A stretch of 64,000 bases of DNA from the human T2T-CHM13v2.0 reference genome, Homo sapiens. The stretch lies in the NCBI RefSeq assembly GCF_009914755.1, contig NC_060936.1. One strand, 5' to 3'. A model generated the notes under the pieces. It did not search any database, was not told the origin of the DNA, and saw nothing but the letters and a program-made list of their open reading frames with translations. The position numbers and the translations under genes are program-made. Of this stretch, positions 1 through 15,324 are shown piece by piece; positions within the stretch are counted from its first letter, which is position 1, and each line of letters begins with the position of its first letter.

Positions 1-284
1 GTTAAGAATATTTTCCTGCATAATTAAATCTCTAAAGATTTGGTTAGAGCATCATTGTTTACATCAGGTTAAAACAAAAGATCACATTAGCAATCGCACA
101 AGCTTATATGCAGTGCCTTATCCACACAACAACATTAATAAGTCAGTTTTAGAGAGTCTAATCAAACTGTTCCTGTAAGATAAAAGAAGCAGACATTTAG
201 AGGGCAAAACTTTGAATGCAGTACACACACAGAACTGCATTTTCTATTTCTATCACCAGTACTTACATAGGAATTATCATTTTT

Positions 285-481
285 TCTTTATTTTTTCAAT
301 TCTGGTGAAATATCCATAACATCAAATTTACCATCTTAACCATTTTAAGTGTGCAGCCCAACAGCATTGAAGACATCCTCTTATTGTGCAACCATCACCA
401 CTGTCCATTTCCAGAACTCTTTTCTTCTTGCAAAACTGAAACTTTGTCCCCATTAAACAATAGCTCCTCAATTCCTCCCTC
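285..481 (-). mobile_element. Old L1 (L1MA/L1MB-like) 3' UTR fragment
   Basis: AAATTTACCATCTTAACCATTTTAAGTG...TTGTGCAACCATCACCACT...TTCCAGAACTCTTTT...AAACTGAAAC...CCCATTAAACAATA resembles the antisense L1M 3' end. Confidence 0.7.
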
Positions 482-2279
482 AGAATTACAATTCTTAAAT
501 CAAGTAAGTTTTTGAATCAAGATCATTTTCTTTCAACTACTTAGTTTTTGTTTGTTAAAACAACATTTACTACGATTTAAAAGCTTTTTGAGAATTCCAA
601 TATGATGCAGTTTATCCTAATCAGAAAGGCATCCTTATTCACTTCAAAGCATTTGGAGACTGATCCCTGTCTAAGACTATGCCATCATTTTTATGGCTGC
701 AACCAACCATAATTTCTATTTTAGAAAGTTGAACAAGAGAAGAGAGTTGTCTGTAAATCCAGACCAGATGACAAGAACAGAAGTTTCTGGAATCCATTAC
801 AGGAACGGCTTATCGCCTGATGTCAGTCCCATTTCCATTCAAACAGTATAAAGAAGGGGAAGTTTCCTGAATACACAAAACCCATCGACTATCTGGTAGG
901 GCTGGGAGAATGTGCTGGTCACCCCAACCCACACCCCATAATTATGCCTTCAAACATGTCTGCCACACAAGGCAGAATATTCTAGCTGCTATCAGAGCCC
1001 TCAGACAGACTTTATAACATCCAGTTCAACAGATAACAAGTCACAAAGAGACACTATTCTTTGCAAATGACAAAGAATTTTTCATCTCAGGCTTTTAATG
1101 TGTAAGGGCATATATTTCGAAGGGAAAGCTTTTATTACTGCTAATCAAAGAAAAGAGGCTTTTCTAAAAAGCAAAATTTATCAGGAGTTTCTACAGGACA
1201 AACGGTGTGACCCAGGGCTTTGTTCCTGGAGAAGACGTGTCTTTGAGGACAATAGAAACCGCAACAGGATTGTCTGATGGTCCTCCTCCCCATAGGCACA
1301 AGGCAGCCCCTTACAAATGGGCTCCCACCCTGCTGCGGAGGTAGTGATGAAAACAGTCAATCATCTCACATTTATTTGGCATTGTGTGGTTCCCCCGGGT
1401 ATCACTTCTCTGCTCTGAGCTTTGTAGGCACCGCTGTTCTGCTTGCTAATGACATTAGCAATGGGATGATGTCTCATCTATGGGCAGTGACCATTTTTAG
1501 CAAATGCACTTGGTGTGGAAAGCTCCAAATTCACTAAATGATACACATTCAAAGGGTTCCTTTAGAGTAAACTGTATTCCCACCATTTTTTTACTTTAAA
1601 AAGAACTGAGGTAGAAATATCCTTCTGTGCATGTGTGTGTGTGTGGGGGAGTGTGTGTGTTTCATCCTATGTGCCCTGCTTATTGATTACACATCGAGCA
1701 CTTTGACTCTTTTCCCTTTTCTTAAGGAAATTGGGTCAGGGCTCACTGTAGCCTGACCACCCTGCTTCTCTGGTGAAGCCTACCTCCTTAAGCTCTGGCT
1801 ACAAAAATTTTTTTCCATCTGCTGGCCTCAAAGATTTGATGAAAATAAAAACATCAGAAGCATCTCGTTCAGGCAATACTCACTTGTGAAATATTCACTT
1901 TAATGACACCGTAATGCTGCACCCCTTGGTGTGCCATTTATTGTGAGACTTAATCAAAGGCAAAAGGAAAGAAAGACGCCTGGCTTAGGGGCAGGTGCTT
2001 TTTTGTCAGAGTGTGTTCCTGTGGGAGGGGAGGGGGCCCTCAGGAGTAGGGTGTTATGCACAAAGCCTTAGCTGCCCAGATTGTTGGCAGTTGTTTTTCC
2101 ATGAGTCCAGAGGTTTGCTCTGTTTCTGTGTGTGTGCTTTGTGTAGTCTTTTATATATACACCCCAGGATTAAGAGAGAAAAGGAGAGGGATGGAGAGAG
2201 AGATTAAGAGTGGGAGACAGAATGTGTCTTGGAGCTTTCCACAGCTCTCTCTGCAGAGGCCCTGGGGTTACATCCATAT

Positions 2280-2875
2280 GCTTGTGGTATGTGCATATGC
2301 ACATGTGTGTAAGATGGAGTAGGGAGTGTTTGTGTGAATGGTCTGTACGTGTGTAGTTTGTGTGTGGTATGTGTGTATGCATGGTGTCTAGGTGTGTTGG
2401 AGGGTGTGTGATGCAGCGGTGCATGTATGATACATGTGTGTCTGTGTTTGTGTGTGTTGTCTGTGTGTAGTGTATGAGTATATATGGTGTGTTTATGTGC
2501 ATGTGGGGGTGTGCATGGTTTGTATGTGTGGTAGGTGTGCATGCATATGGTAGTGTGTGCACATGGTGTTTCTGTGTGTTGTCTGTATGCAGTGTATGAG
2601 TATGGTGTGTGTTCACACATGTGGTGGGGAGGTATGCGTGGTTTGTATGTGCACATGCATACATGCATGTATGGCTTTGTAGGTGTACATGCATATGGTA
2701 GTGTGTGTGTGTGTGTGTGTGTGTGGTTGTGTGTTGTCTGTGTGTGGTGTATAAGTATATAGGGTGTGTGTTCATGCATGTGGTGGGGGGTATGCATGGT
2801 TTGTATGTGTGGTAGGTGTGCATGCATGTGGTAGTGTGTGCATGTGGTAGGTGTGTATATGCATGAACACACACT
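2280..2875. repeat. GT/AT-rich low-complexity tract with degenerate higher-order repeats
   Basis: About 600 bp of TG/TA/CA alternation including a pure (GT)n run at 2701-2724; it produces the spurious His/Thr-rich ORFs. Confidence 0.95.
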
Positions 2876-4634
2876 CATATGACCATATACTGCTACGACC
2901 TACAGAGTTCTTCATACACCCTGGAATTCAAGTGTGTTCTACAAGTGTCTTATATATCTGTGGCACATGTGTCCATTTGAGCTGCCTGTGGCAAGACACT
3001 GCCTAGACACTGCATTAGAGCCAATCATAGCTATTTAAGAGAAAAGACAAAACACTTAACCTAAGTGCCAAACACACAGTGGTCATTCCATTTGGTAAAT
3101 GTATTTGAAAAAGAAAGGTCGGGAGAAGGAAAGATGATTCCAAAGAATCTCAAAATTAGGATTTTTCCTCAAAAAGAATGTTAGAATTTAAGGGATAATG
3201 CTAATTAGTCACACCTCTTCCCTTACGGGTTCTGAACCCATTGAGGAGACAGACTCAGATCTACAGAGCTGAAATGATCAGCTATGTTTCCAAAAAGGCT
3301 GCCTTGGAGAATTTGCCTTGACCCATGACCAGAACTGATTTGCCAACAAGGAGGCCAGGCCTCCCCTAGCTCCAAAGAGCAGAGCAGCCCTACTGAATCT
3401 AAGAGACAGAGGGGCAAGGAGGGGACAAGTGCTGAGGACAGGTTGCTGGGAAAGAGAGACCCAGAGGGGCTGAACTCCACACCCCATGACCTTCTTCCCA
3501 GCCAGGGTAGGGACAGGGTAAAAGGACAGGGGCTTTCCTCCCAAGTCTTCCATTCTTCATAAGGTGGAAATTCCTACTTCATGGATCAAGGCAGAAAAAA
3601 CAAAACAAAACAAAAGAGAAAGAAAATGATTTTTTTATGACTCCAAAGATATTGTTTTCTCAGTTCAACAGGCTGAAGCATCCAGGCTGTGGCCAACTAA
3701 GACTGAATGCAGGGTGTGGAGTCCCCATGGTGGAGTCGCCGGTGGTTAACCCAGACACCCTCATGAGGCCACTTCTTCAACACCAGTCACCAATCCTCTG
3801 TTTCCTCCCAGGATTGCTGGTAAGCAATTTCACTTCTGCCCTCCAAAGGAACAAAACCTGTTCATTAAATAACCCACAGGGTTATTTATTTAATGAGCCC
3901 ACAAATTTTATTTCCAATTCTATTCTCACCTTTAATCATGTCCAGCAATGTGAAGGTAAGTTCGTTTCCTTCTCCTTGCATTTCTGCATGTTACTGTGTC
4001 CTTCCCACAGAGTACAACTCCTGACCCCTCCCACCCCTTTCTTACTTCCCAAACGTGGAGAATCCAGACATCTGCTTGGATGAGTGGGAGGAATCCACAT
4101 TTACTCCCCAGATGGGTTACATCACATGCCTCCTTCACATGTAGCCTCTCCGTCCACACCATCGGGGACCCCACAGTTGGCCAGAGCAATCACTGACCCA
4201 GACTCTCCCCATGGTGGGTTGTCCCAACATCTCAGCTTAAGAAAAAAGGATAGAAACCCTGTGTGGCAATGGTTCAAAACTGTGTCCTCCAGTCCACTGC
4301 TAGCAGCAGAAAATCCAATATTTTGCCTTCATCTAAATTCTACATTTTTTTTCCTCAATTGATTTTTAACTAGGAGAAGAATCAGAAGTAGGATATTAAT
4401 GATTTCCTTCAACCCCGATAAAAGATGCCAGTTACATAGACTAGGGAAAGAGAGAGAGGGGAGTCTGCATTTCTTTTGGAGTTGGTGTGATGTTGATATC
4501 ATTTTTCCCAGTGGCTTTCAGGCTTGTGAAGCCCACCGATTCTTCATAACACCTCTCTTTGTGCTCATTCCCCTTCATTTTCATCATCATTTCCAGGCTT
4601 TTATTGCCTCTCAACAGACTTTTGCCACCACCTC

Positions 4635-5020
4635 TGTATTAGTCGCATTGCTATAAAGAAATACCTGAGACTATGTAATTTATAAGAAAAGAAGTTTAAT
4701 TGGCTCACAGTTCCACAGACTGTAGAGGAAGCATGGCAGCATCTGCTTTGGGAGAGGCCTCAGGAAGCTTCCAATTACAGCAGAAGGCAAAGAAAGAGCC
4801 AGTAATTTACATGGCCAGAGCAGGAGGAAGAGAGAGGGTAGGGAGAGGCGCCACACACTTTGAAACAACCAGATCTTGTGAGAACTCACTCACTATCATG
4901 AGAAGAGCACTGAGGGGATGGTGCTAAACCATTCATGAAGACTCTGCCTCCATGATCCAATCACCTCCTACCAGGCTCCACCTCCAAACATTGGGGATGA
5001 TGCAGATCCAAATCATATCA
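4635..5020 (-). mobile_element. MaLR solo LTR, MSTA-like
   Basis: TGTATTAGTC...ATCATATCA termini, typical MST body (GGCCTCAGGAAGCTT, CCATGATCCAATCACCTCC), 5-bp TSD ACCTC on both sides. Confidence 0.9.
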
Positions 5021-7344
5021 ACCTCCAACTGGGGTCCCAGGATCTAGTTTTGAGCCCCCCTCCAAACTAGCATACACATAATTGTCATATTTAATCTCCC
5101 TAAAACTTTTCTCTTTAAAGGAGAATCCCCTGGTCAGGCATATGCAAAGACACCTGTCACACTAGAAGACTGAGCCCAAAATCCTATCCTACTTAGCACA
5201 ATCCTCCACCACCATGTCTCTTCCAAATGCACCTCTGTTTCTGCAAATCCTCTCCTCCTAACAAACCCAGACATACTTATATGAGTTCCTCTCTCTCTAC
5301 TTTTACACTAATGTCACATCTTAAGTAAGTTAAACCGATTAGAATTCAGCCTTATGCAATCTTCCCACCACTCCAATCATTCCTCCATTCCCCTGTTTGG
5401 CCCATGAGACAAACACAGACGGTGTCTCCTTGTGAATAATATTTATTCTGCTGCTGACTGTTCTCCTCTAATTCAACACCAGCACCTCATCCTCGCTCTT
5501 CAATATTTGACATGCATTGAGACCAGCATAGCTAGGGGCATCTGAATGTAGACATGATCACTCCTCCAGCGTCAAGCTCACTTGGGCTTGTCCTCAGCAA
5601 AGCTGAGAGCTCAGTGATGCCAAAGTACAGTCCACAGACGTGAAGGCCCACCTTCCTTGCTCCTCCACCAGCCTTCAGTTGCCTCATGGATCTGGTAGTA
5701 CAAACATCTTGCCCTGCTGATTTGACTCCAGTGACTAAAGCAATGCTATTTTTGTTCAACACCATCCCAAACACAGACCAACTATAGAAATGTGAAGGCT
5801 AGAAGGGGCTATGTAGTCCAAAGAAGTAGCAATCTATACTAACTCTGTAGGGAAGAGTGACCGTGCTGAACTTGAAGACAGAAGCCACATGCACATCACA
5901 GAATTGATATGAGAGCTTATACTTTGTGGTATACTTCAAGGAATTTTAAGAGTAAAATCTGACTTTCCGTAAATTCAAAGTAATGTGCTCCCCTTTTGAA
6001 TGCAACCCTTACATTTCCTATGACACTACTGTGCCTGCTCCAAGTGTCCAACCCAATCTCCCCATGTCAATCCCCAGTTGCAGTCCCACCTATTTCTCAG
6101 TCCTCACCCTGACCACTAAGCCCTCAGTGATCTCTCCCTCCTCTGAACTCACTTGATACCAGTAGTGTTTCCCTGGCATGTAACTTATGCAACCTTGTAT
6201 CATTATCCATCTGATTATGGGGGGTGTATGTGTATGTAGTCAATCTCTCTGAAGAGATTATAAACCCCTGAAAGACAGAGACCTTATCTCTTAGTCTTTG
6301 CACTTCTACCATCCAGCCACAGTAAGTTCTGGGTAAACACACGTGATGATAATGAATAAATAAAAAAATCCAGTTCTTTGGAAAGACCCCAAAGTCAAGG
6401 TGCCAAGGAAAATGTTTGCATATTCTGTCTACCTAGAAAATGCCTGCTCATTCTTCATGATCCAGACCAAATGCTAGCTTTTCTTTGGTGTCATTGAAAC
6501 AAACACAGACTTTGCAATCAGCTAGAGAGGGATTCAAATTTTCTGTACAACAACTGGATAAGTGATTTTGAATGGAAGTTGTCACTGAGCATTGGTTTCT
6601 AATTCTATTAAATAGAAATAGTGAGTTCACCTTAGAGAGCCAGAAAAAATAAAATCATATATAGACAGTATCTAGAACAAGGTAGGCATGAAATCAATGG
6701 CAATTAGTAATATTCACTGTCTTTCTCTTGTGCTCCCATGCACTTTGCCCATGTTGCACTACCACTTTACACACTGCATTGTGAATATCTGGGTCTGCAT
6801 CTAGCTCCTCCACTCTTCTGGGAGCTTTCCAAGGGGAGGGATTATCCTACCTTTGTGAGTGCTTATTTCATGCCAGGCTCTGTGTTAGGCTCTCTACATA
6901 CACTATCTCATTGAATCTTCACAAAAAACAATTATTGCCATTTTATACATGAGAAAATTGAGCCTTGGAGCATTTAAGGAACTTGACGCTATTCAAACAG
7001 GTGCAAGCAACAAATCTGACCTCTGCACCAATGTCACCCCAAATCCAAGCCCTTATCATCTTACTATGCTGGGAGCAAGTATGCCTTAGCTATGCCATGT
7101 CAGCCTTCCAATACTAGCACATGAGTGCGTAAATAAACATAAACCAAGTGATTATTTAGTAAATAACAGGATTCTGATTTCATGTAAATGAATACCTTTG
7201 TTTCACTTTGAGATGATCCTACATCTGGAACAGTGCCTGAAACATGACTGCTATGGCATAAGTCACTTTTTTAAAAAAATTGTTCTACATTTACCAGCCT
7301 CATGTTTCGTAAAAGGCACACATTTAGTTCATGAAGAAAAACCA

Positions 7345-7650
7345 TGGTTTAGATCCCAGAGAGATTCTCCCACAAGTCCTGAGGGAGGATGTTCATTGCA
7401 GCATTATTTGTGGAGGCAGGAAATTGGAGTACCATCCCTGGGAGAGTGGAGAGGGAAAATGTGATAGATGTTCACCCTGGGGTACAGCAATCAGCTGAAT
7501 GGATCACAAGTGGACGTAGCGACATGGATGCTTCTTAAAGGCAAAGTGCTGAGTGGAAAAGTAAGAAACAAAGCAAGATTTATGACAATGTTATTTATAC
7601 AATACCATTTTAAGAAGTTAAAAATACATACACACAAAGCACAGGATACA
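7345..7650 (+). mobile_element. Ancient L1 (L1ME-like) 3' fragment
   Basis: GGATGTTCATTGCAGCATTATTTGT...ACATGGATG...GTGCTGAGTGGAAAAGTAAG resembles the L1ME ORF2 end/3' UTR. Confidence 0.6.
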
Positions 7651-7674
7651 TTTCAGTTGTGTGGTTGGTGATTA

Positions 7675-8250
<576 letters not shown>

Positions 8251-8419
8251 CTTATATTTTGCAAACACCACACAATGAAAAGATGCATATTAAAAACATT
8301 AGATGACTGGCCATAGGAAATGGGGATGGGACAAAAAAGAATAAACAGCCAAATAAAAGGAACCGTGCACATAACAGTGATGCTAATTTACCATTAACTC
8401 AGAAGTATGATAAATTTAA

Positions 8420-8746
<327 letters not shown>

Positions 8747-9159
8747 AACATTTTTTTTTAAATCACTAGCATTTACTAGTCAAGCTGTTATTAACCACTT
8801 ACCTCACTGGGAGTGATCTGCAAGAGGCATTTGTGATAAGTTAACCATTCAGAGTTTAAAAACTCACCCTATACTTAGAACCAACATCATACTTAAAATA
8901 TGACCACAGTGAAGCCCACTTTGCCCAACATCCATTCTCAGCCAACCCTGCCCCTTGGGGAAAAATTAACAAGCATTTATTAAGTGCCTACTATATGCAA
9001 GACACTGCATTGGCTACAATTAAGAAAAATAAAGCCATTGAAGTGCACTTTTAAAATACAAAATGCTAAATTGAAGGGCAAGTTGAGTGGTACCTACTAT
9101 ATCTGTTGAAATCCATTCAAAAGTACTTCCAGCTGGAATACTGGGGAACCCTTTGCAGA

Positions 9160-9223
9160 GATAGTGGGAAGCAGAGCTAGCCCCAGCAGTTGATAGTGGG
9201 AAGCAGGGCTAGCCCCAGCAGTT
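9160..9223. repeat. Tandem duplication, 2 x 32 bp
   Basis: GATAGTGGGAAGCAGRGCTAGCCCCAGCAGTT twice, one mismatch. Confidence 0.95.
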
Positions 9224-12200
9224 GCTTGAACGACCCCTAATGGGTCTCCATATTAATGGATGACCAAGAGATACACAGGAAAGGAAGACTCGTAACAATA
9301 ATTCCAACTGACTTTAGCCTCCAGGTTAACTAATACCTCGTGAAACCTAATTACTACAATTAAGATGGGCCCCTTCCCTAGAGGGTGAGCCAGCAGCATC
9401 TGCACCATGGACAGCAGATAAACATGAAGTTATTATTTCAGAAATTGAGGGGAAAAAATAGTTTCTAGACCACTTACTTTTTAATGTTATCAAATCATTA
9501 AAAATTACTAAATTGTCAGCAATAAGATACAAATGCTAAGTGATATGATTATGCTGTGAATACGGTCCTGATTTCTAAAATGCATTAGCACAAATATCAA
9601 ATCCATAGCTATGATATTTGCACTACCACACATCATTCCAAAATCCAGTCCAAAGAGAAGTCCCATTATTTTACCATCCTCTTATGATTCTTGGCAATTT
9701 CAGACTGCAATGGCCAAATTGATGCCGAAGTTTAGAATATAGAAACCTGTGCATGCTGACACTATCTATGTCTCTTTCATAAGTAAATTATGTGAAATCA
9801 AAGCTTTGACTTGGCCAGCCTTCATACTGGAACCCAATAGAATAGAAGTGGTTGTTCTCCTTCCTTATTTTGATTGGATGGCATTTTTTAAAATAAGTTA
9901 TTGTAAGGAACCCACATTCCTCTTGGGCCTTGACTTTGTGTCTTAAAATGTTGAAGTCCTTTTAAAGCCATGTCTTTCCATGACTGTATCAATGATGAAA
10001 TAAGGATTAAGATCACGTTTTGCGGCAAGTGACTAAAGCCCACTTGGCTTTGGAAAGACAGATGTATGTTCTCCCTCCAATAAGCATTGGATGTCCAGTG
10101 CTGGCAGCTCCACAGTCCTCAGAAACTCGGGCTCCTCCATCCTTAAACAAGGCCTTCACCTTGGGGCCCAGATGACTGCTCCATGCAGTTCCGGGCACCA
10201 CATCAACACTCCGGGCAGCAGAGAAGGAAAGGGGAGGAAGAGAGTACACAATCTTTCTTCAAAGAAACATCTGATGAGTTGCACACACTATTTCCTCTTA
10301 CAGCCCATTGTCTATGGCTACATCTAGCTTCAAAAAAAAAGACTGGGAAATGGAGTTGTTATTCCAAGCAGACATGGCCCATCTAAAATGAAGGATTCTA
10401 ATGCAACAGAAAAAAAGGAGAATGATTTTGGAGGAAAATTAGCAGACTCAGCCACACTGTTTCTGAATAAAATAATGATGATTTTTTATACACTCATTTC
10501 CCATCTTATATATGCCCTAGTATACTGCACAATTCCCAGTGTTACCATTTCTATCACAAAAGAATGAAAAAGAAAAATAATATTCGACTATTTCTAGTAT
10601 TCAAGAAATATTAGGCATTGCACTGGTACATTCACATTTGTTACCCCATTCAATTCTCACATAGCATTAGCCTCATTTGGGGAAATTGAGATTCACAGCA
10701 TTGATATGTGAAATGGGAGCATTTAAGCTTAGAGCCCCTCCCAGTTTTCTCTCCCTACAAAATGTATTTAACTAAATTCTTCCCTTCCTTAGAATCCATC
10801 AACTTCTTTATTCAACTCTCCCCACAACCAAGACCTTTCTTCTGAAGCACTGATAAATAAATCAGGATTCTGCCATGCATCTGTGGATGGATGAATTGCC
10901 AGTACTCTTGATGTGAAATGGGCATGCCCAAATGTTTCCATTCCTATTTTAAGTAACGAATTCATGTTCTTCATGCCCCTATCATTAGCAAGAGCTTTTA
11001 TTTTACCGTGTGCCATTCAGAAGCACTACATAACATTATGGCTTGTGCTCGTGCCATGTAACATTGGAATGGGTTCATTTGGCTTCCACCCCAGAATAAC
11101 ACCCAATTTTCAGGATGTGATTTAGCAATCCTTCCTTCCTCTCAACTCTAAGTATGTGTCATCTGTATCACTGGAATTTCAAGGTAATTGAATTCATAAT
11201 TATAGCAGAAGATATTGAGTGTGTAATACATGCCAATGATGTGGAAATGATCGATGAGGTAGAGTGGGTTGCAGTAATTATTATTGTCCCCATTTTACAG
11301 ATGAAATCACAGCACCTTAGAAAGGCTAACTTGCCCTAGTTCTCATAATTAATATGTAAAAGAGCTGCGACTTGAACTTCTTTTTGATCAAATAGCTCAG
11401 ACCGTCAACCTGCCTACTATGAATGAGGTACCGGCTAGATTGTTGGCAACACAGCAGGTAGACAAGAGTCAGTCCCTGTTATCAAGGGATCACAGTTCAG
11501 TGAGCTAAATAGAAACGTGCCTTCAACTGCACTGCGCTACACTGAAACAAGTGCTAGTACTGGATAAGACCCAGTTGTTGTTGGCGCCAACAAGAGAAGT
11601 AGCTAATGTCACACTTAGAGTAGAAGACCTTGTGTTATAGCCTATCTTTTCTGTGCATGGCCTGTCTCTCTACCTAGGAAGCAGAGTCTCATACATCTTT
11701 GTTTCCTTATTCTCTAATACAATCCCTGACACACAATAAGTGTCCATGAAGTGGTCCAGGCTATACAACCAGCTCTTGCATAACCCAGAGTGAAGCCCAA
11801 CTACCCTGACAAATAATACAATTTAGGACTAAATCCACACTTTCTAGCTGAGATGCAACCTGCACAGAATTACACTACGTTTATTTTTCAACCCATGGTA
11901 TTGGAAGACACGTGAACTAGTTGGACATGAAAATCCCAGACTGAACAGCAGCTGGACTGTTTTTAATCCCTGGAGCAGGACAGAAGGGACAGGCTTTAGT
12001 CATGTGACAAAGGAAGCAGCCACAATACAGAAGATTTCTGAGCAGTGGGGAAGATCTGCAGTGCTCAGGACCGAAGTTGCTTTCTTTCTTAAAAATGCCT
12101 GTCAGATGTCTAAAAATCCTCTCTCTAGCAGCAAAGGTGAAGGCATTATCTAATGACCAAAGTAGACACTGAACCAAAGTGAACATTTGAGAGAAGCAGT

Positions 12201-12464
12201 GGACAGGCAACTGTAATAGCAAATTGGAACAGAAGTAGCTAAAGCTATAGAAACACAATTCATCAGTGGATGAAGTCATCGTGATTTAAGTTTGTACATG
12301 AGCAATTTTAGACAGAAAGACTGAGAATTCTCTGCAGTTGAAATGTCAACCCAAATACAAAAAAAAAAAAAGACTATTCTAACATGAAACCACATAAATC
12401 AGCATAGTAGGTAGATTGATGTGGGACATGAAAGAGATTCAGCATAGACCAAAGAAAATACATG

Positions 12465-13000
12465 GTGACCAATGTGGCAACAAATGAAAACCAACCAAAC
12501 AAGAACAAGCAAAGCCTCCTTATTCATTCAGAGCTTGTTATATAGCAAGGGAACCAGCCACTATCACTTGCATTTGGCAAAGACTCAAAGGCAGAGGAGT
12601 GAGAAAGCTTCATCATGGAGAAAAGGGAAGGCTTCAGGTGTGCCCTGTTTGGAGGCTTGTTGGCCTGGGGAAGCTGGAGGCAGGCTAACTACAAGCGGGG
12701 CATCCTACCTGATGGGTATGGGACATATTTGGCTTACTCTGGATATTTATAAATTGGAAACAAGGACAAAAATTAGAGATACTGTCAGTTGTTAATCAAG
12801 CTTGGCAATTTGGGGCCAACGGCTACAGGAGTTATTGTTTGGCTTCCTGGACCAGTTTCTAGAAACAGCGGTCAGACTTCCTGCAAGTTGATTTAGAGAT
12901 AGCAGGCTGACTTCCTGGGCTAGTTACTAAAAATAACAGATTAGTTTCCAAGGCTGGTTGCTGCAGATTGTGGGACAGAGTTCTGTTTTTGCATATTGAT
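12465..13000. mobile_element. Old ERV-type solo LTR, family uncertain
   Basis: About 500-bp block resembling antisense MER89/MER110-type LTRs; family not firmly recognised. Confidence 0.4.
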
Positions 13001-13049
13001 TTTCTCCTCAGGGAAACACATTTTAGGAAAATCTAGTGTAGGGCGGAAG

Positions 13050-13270
13050 TCAATGTACCATGAGCAGGACCAGCTTCTCCTGCCACTTTCTAGTTGTGTG
13101 ATTTGTGCCAAGTTGCTAGACTTCTTTCACCCTCAGTTTCCTCATCTGTAAAATTGAGATACTGCATAAGAGTTTGATGAGGATTAAATAAACCAATATA
13201 CATAAAGTCCTTAGCATAGTGCCTAGAACATGGAAAGTAGCAAATTAATGTCATCTGCTGTTAATGTAAT
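13050..13270 (+). mobile_element. MIR
   Basis: TCTAGTTGTGTGATTTGTGCCAAGTT...CCTCAGTTTCCTCATCTGTAAAAT...GGATTAAAT...AGTGCCTAGAACAT. Confidence 0.85.
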
Positions 13271-14846
13271 CTTACTAATATCTTTTTTTACCTGACTTAA
13301 TCCAGGAACTTAACCAGAGAAAGGGGATAAAATTCCAAGGGATAGCATTTCAGGGAAAATCCACTGGAGAGGTTTCATAGGCCATGAAGCATATATTGAG
13401 TGCTCTGTGTGATAATAAAAAGACTAATTGGGAAAAGTCTGTATATACCTCACCCCAAGAGAAGGATACCATCAGAGAGTTGCCTTTAAATATTTAATAT
13501 CTTATGTTTGATTGATAAATAATATGCCTGAGAATAAATTTACTCCAGAGACAGTTACATGGCAGCATTGTAAAAAAAAAAAAAAAAAAAAAGTATAGTA
13601 GAGGTTAAAACAGTCTGCAAACTTTTGAGAAGAGACAACAAAAGAATGCATGATAATAAAAATCTCATGACATCTTCAGAGATAAGCACTATAATTATGC
13701 CTGTTTTACACACAAGAAAACTGAAGCAGGGAGGGCTCAGTAACGTGATAGTCATAGTCAAGATTCAAGGAGAACGCTTAGCAGCTAAGTAGGAAGTTGC
13801 AGCAAAAAAAAAAAAAAAAAAAGGTTGGGGGAGGGTCTGGGTGATTCTCTTAAGAACACACCACAGAGAGATGATGCTTAAGTACAAATGGACCGAGAGA
13901 ATGGGACAAAAAGTGTATAATCACTAAGTTCCCCATTCAAACTTTCTCCATATTATAAAACACTGGCATCTTCCATTTTAGCACATAGGGAATTATTGTA
14001 TTTCATTTTTCGCCTGCATTTGGCATGAAGTTTCTCTGACATGTTATTCACTCCCTAATGGAAGAAGATGCCTGAAAGAAGCAAGTTATTCTGTTTTCAA
14101 CAGGACCAAACCTGCAGCCTTGGCCCCCAAGGCTCTAAGGACATCGTGTAAGTGGCCAACTGTAGGGCAGGCTTTGGTTCAAAGAGCCTAAGTCAGTAAG
14201 AAAGGAAGAGGAGCACCCCCTAAAATTGTTTGGTTGATTTAACAAAGCAGTTTGTACCTTCTGAAATGTACAAGTTGCTAAGAAATTGCATTGTTTTCCT
14301 CTTTTTGTAGAGTACATTCTTAATGTGGTATTTTGGTTTGTGTTTTATGATAGGTGCTATAGTTTCAGGGTTTGAATATGGGTTTCATTAATCCCATAAT
14401 TTGTGCCTCCACTGGAAGGAACTGAATATTCTAGACTTGGTGCATAGTGCCCTCTTCTGGATGAAGTGAAATCTCCTTTCCTAATATGCAAACCTGGAGA
14501 TAACGAAATGGATGCTAAAAGACAAGGGAAGGCTCCAGAGGCACATGGGTGGGAACTGCTGTCTCCCCTGGGAATACAGAAAGAGTTTGCCCATCCCCAA
14601 TGTGGTCTGCAAGACCCAGGCTCAGTCCTATCCTAGTGAAGGATGAGAGAGTGCAAGATGTCTGTGACTTATAAGGAAAAACAAAAAACAAAAACAGGCA
14701 AGGGAGGATATGGTCACTGTCTGGATTCAGAAATCTAACCAGAAATCTAAACACCTGAGAATGAGTTGGATGGCTGAAACTAATCTCACCAGAACAGTTC
14801 AGGGACCCAAACAGAACTTTGGTGGTCTGAAGAAAAGAAATGTCAC

Positions 14847-15133
14847 GGCCGGGCACAGTGGCTCACACCTATAATCTCAGCACTTTGGGAGGCCGAAGCG
14901 AGTGGATCACCTGAGGTCAGGAGTTTGAGACCAGTCTGGGCAACTTGGTGAAACCCTGTCTCTACTAAAAATACAAAAATCAGCCGGCCATGGTGGAACG
15001 TGCCTGTAATCCCAGCTACTCCAGAGGCTGAAGCAGGAGAATTGCTTAGAACCCAGGAGGCAGAGGTTGCAGTGAACCAAGATCGCGCCACTGCACTCCA
15101 GCCTGAGCGACAGAGCGAGACTCTGTCAAAAGA
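14847..15133 (+). mobile_element. Alu (AluS) with almost no tail
   Basis: Full dimer, TSD AAAAGAA(AT)GTCAC. Confidence 0.95.
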
Positions 15134-15324
15134 AGTCACATACTTACTATTTAGAATGACTCCTGGAAATTTGATCCTGTTCATCTCCTAAATTTGTTTA
15201 GTTCCGATCACAGCAACTGAGTTGTAAAACATGTAGACTGCAGTTAATGGATGCTTTTTGAAGAAGTGCTAATCTAGAAATACCAGACTTTTCTAAAAAG
15301 AATAGGAAAGGAATGTGTCTTCAA

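Noticed and set aside
2170-2878. 234-aa and 224-aa His/Thr-rich ORFs
   Set aside because: Translation of CA/TA low-complexity repeat, open in several frames
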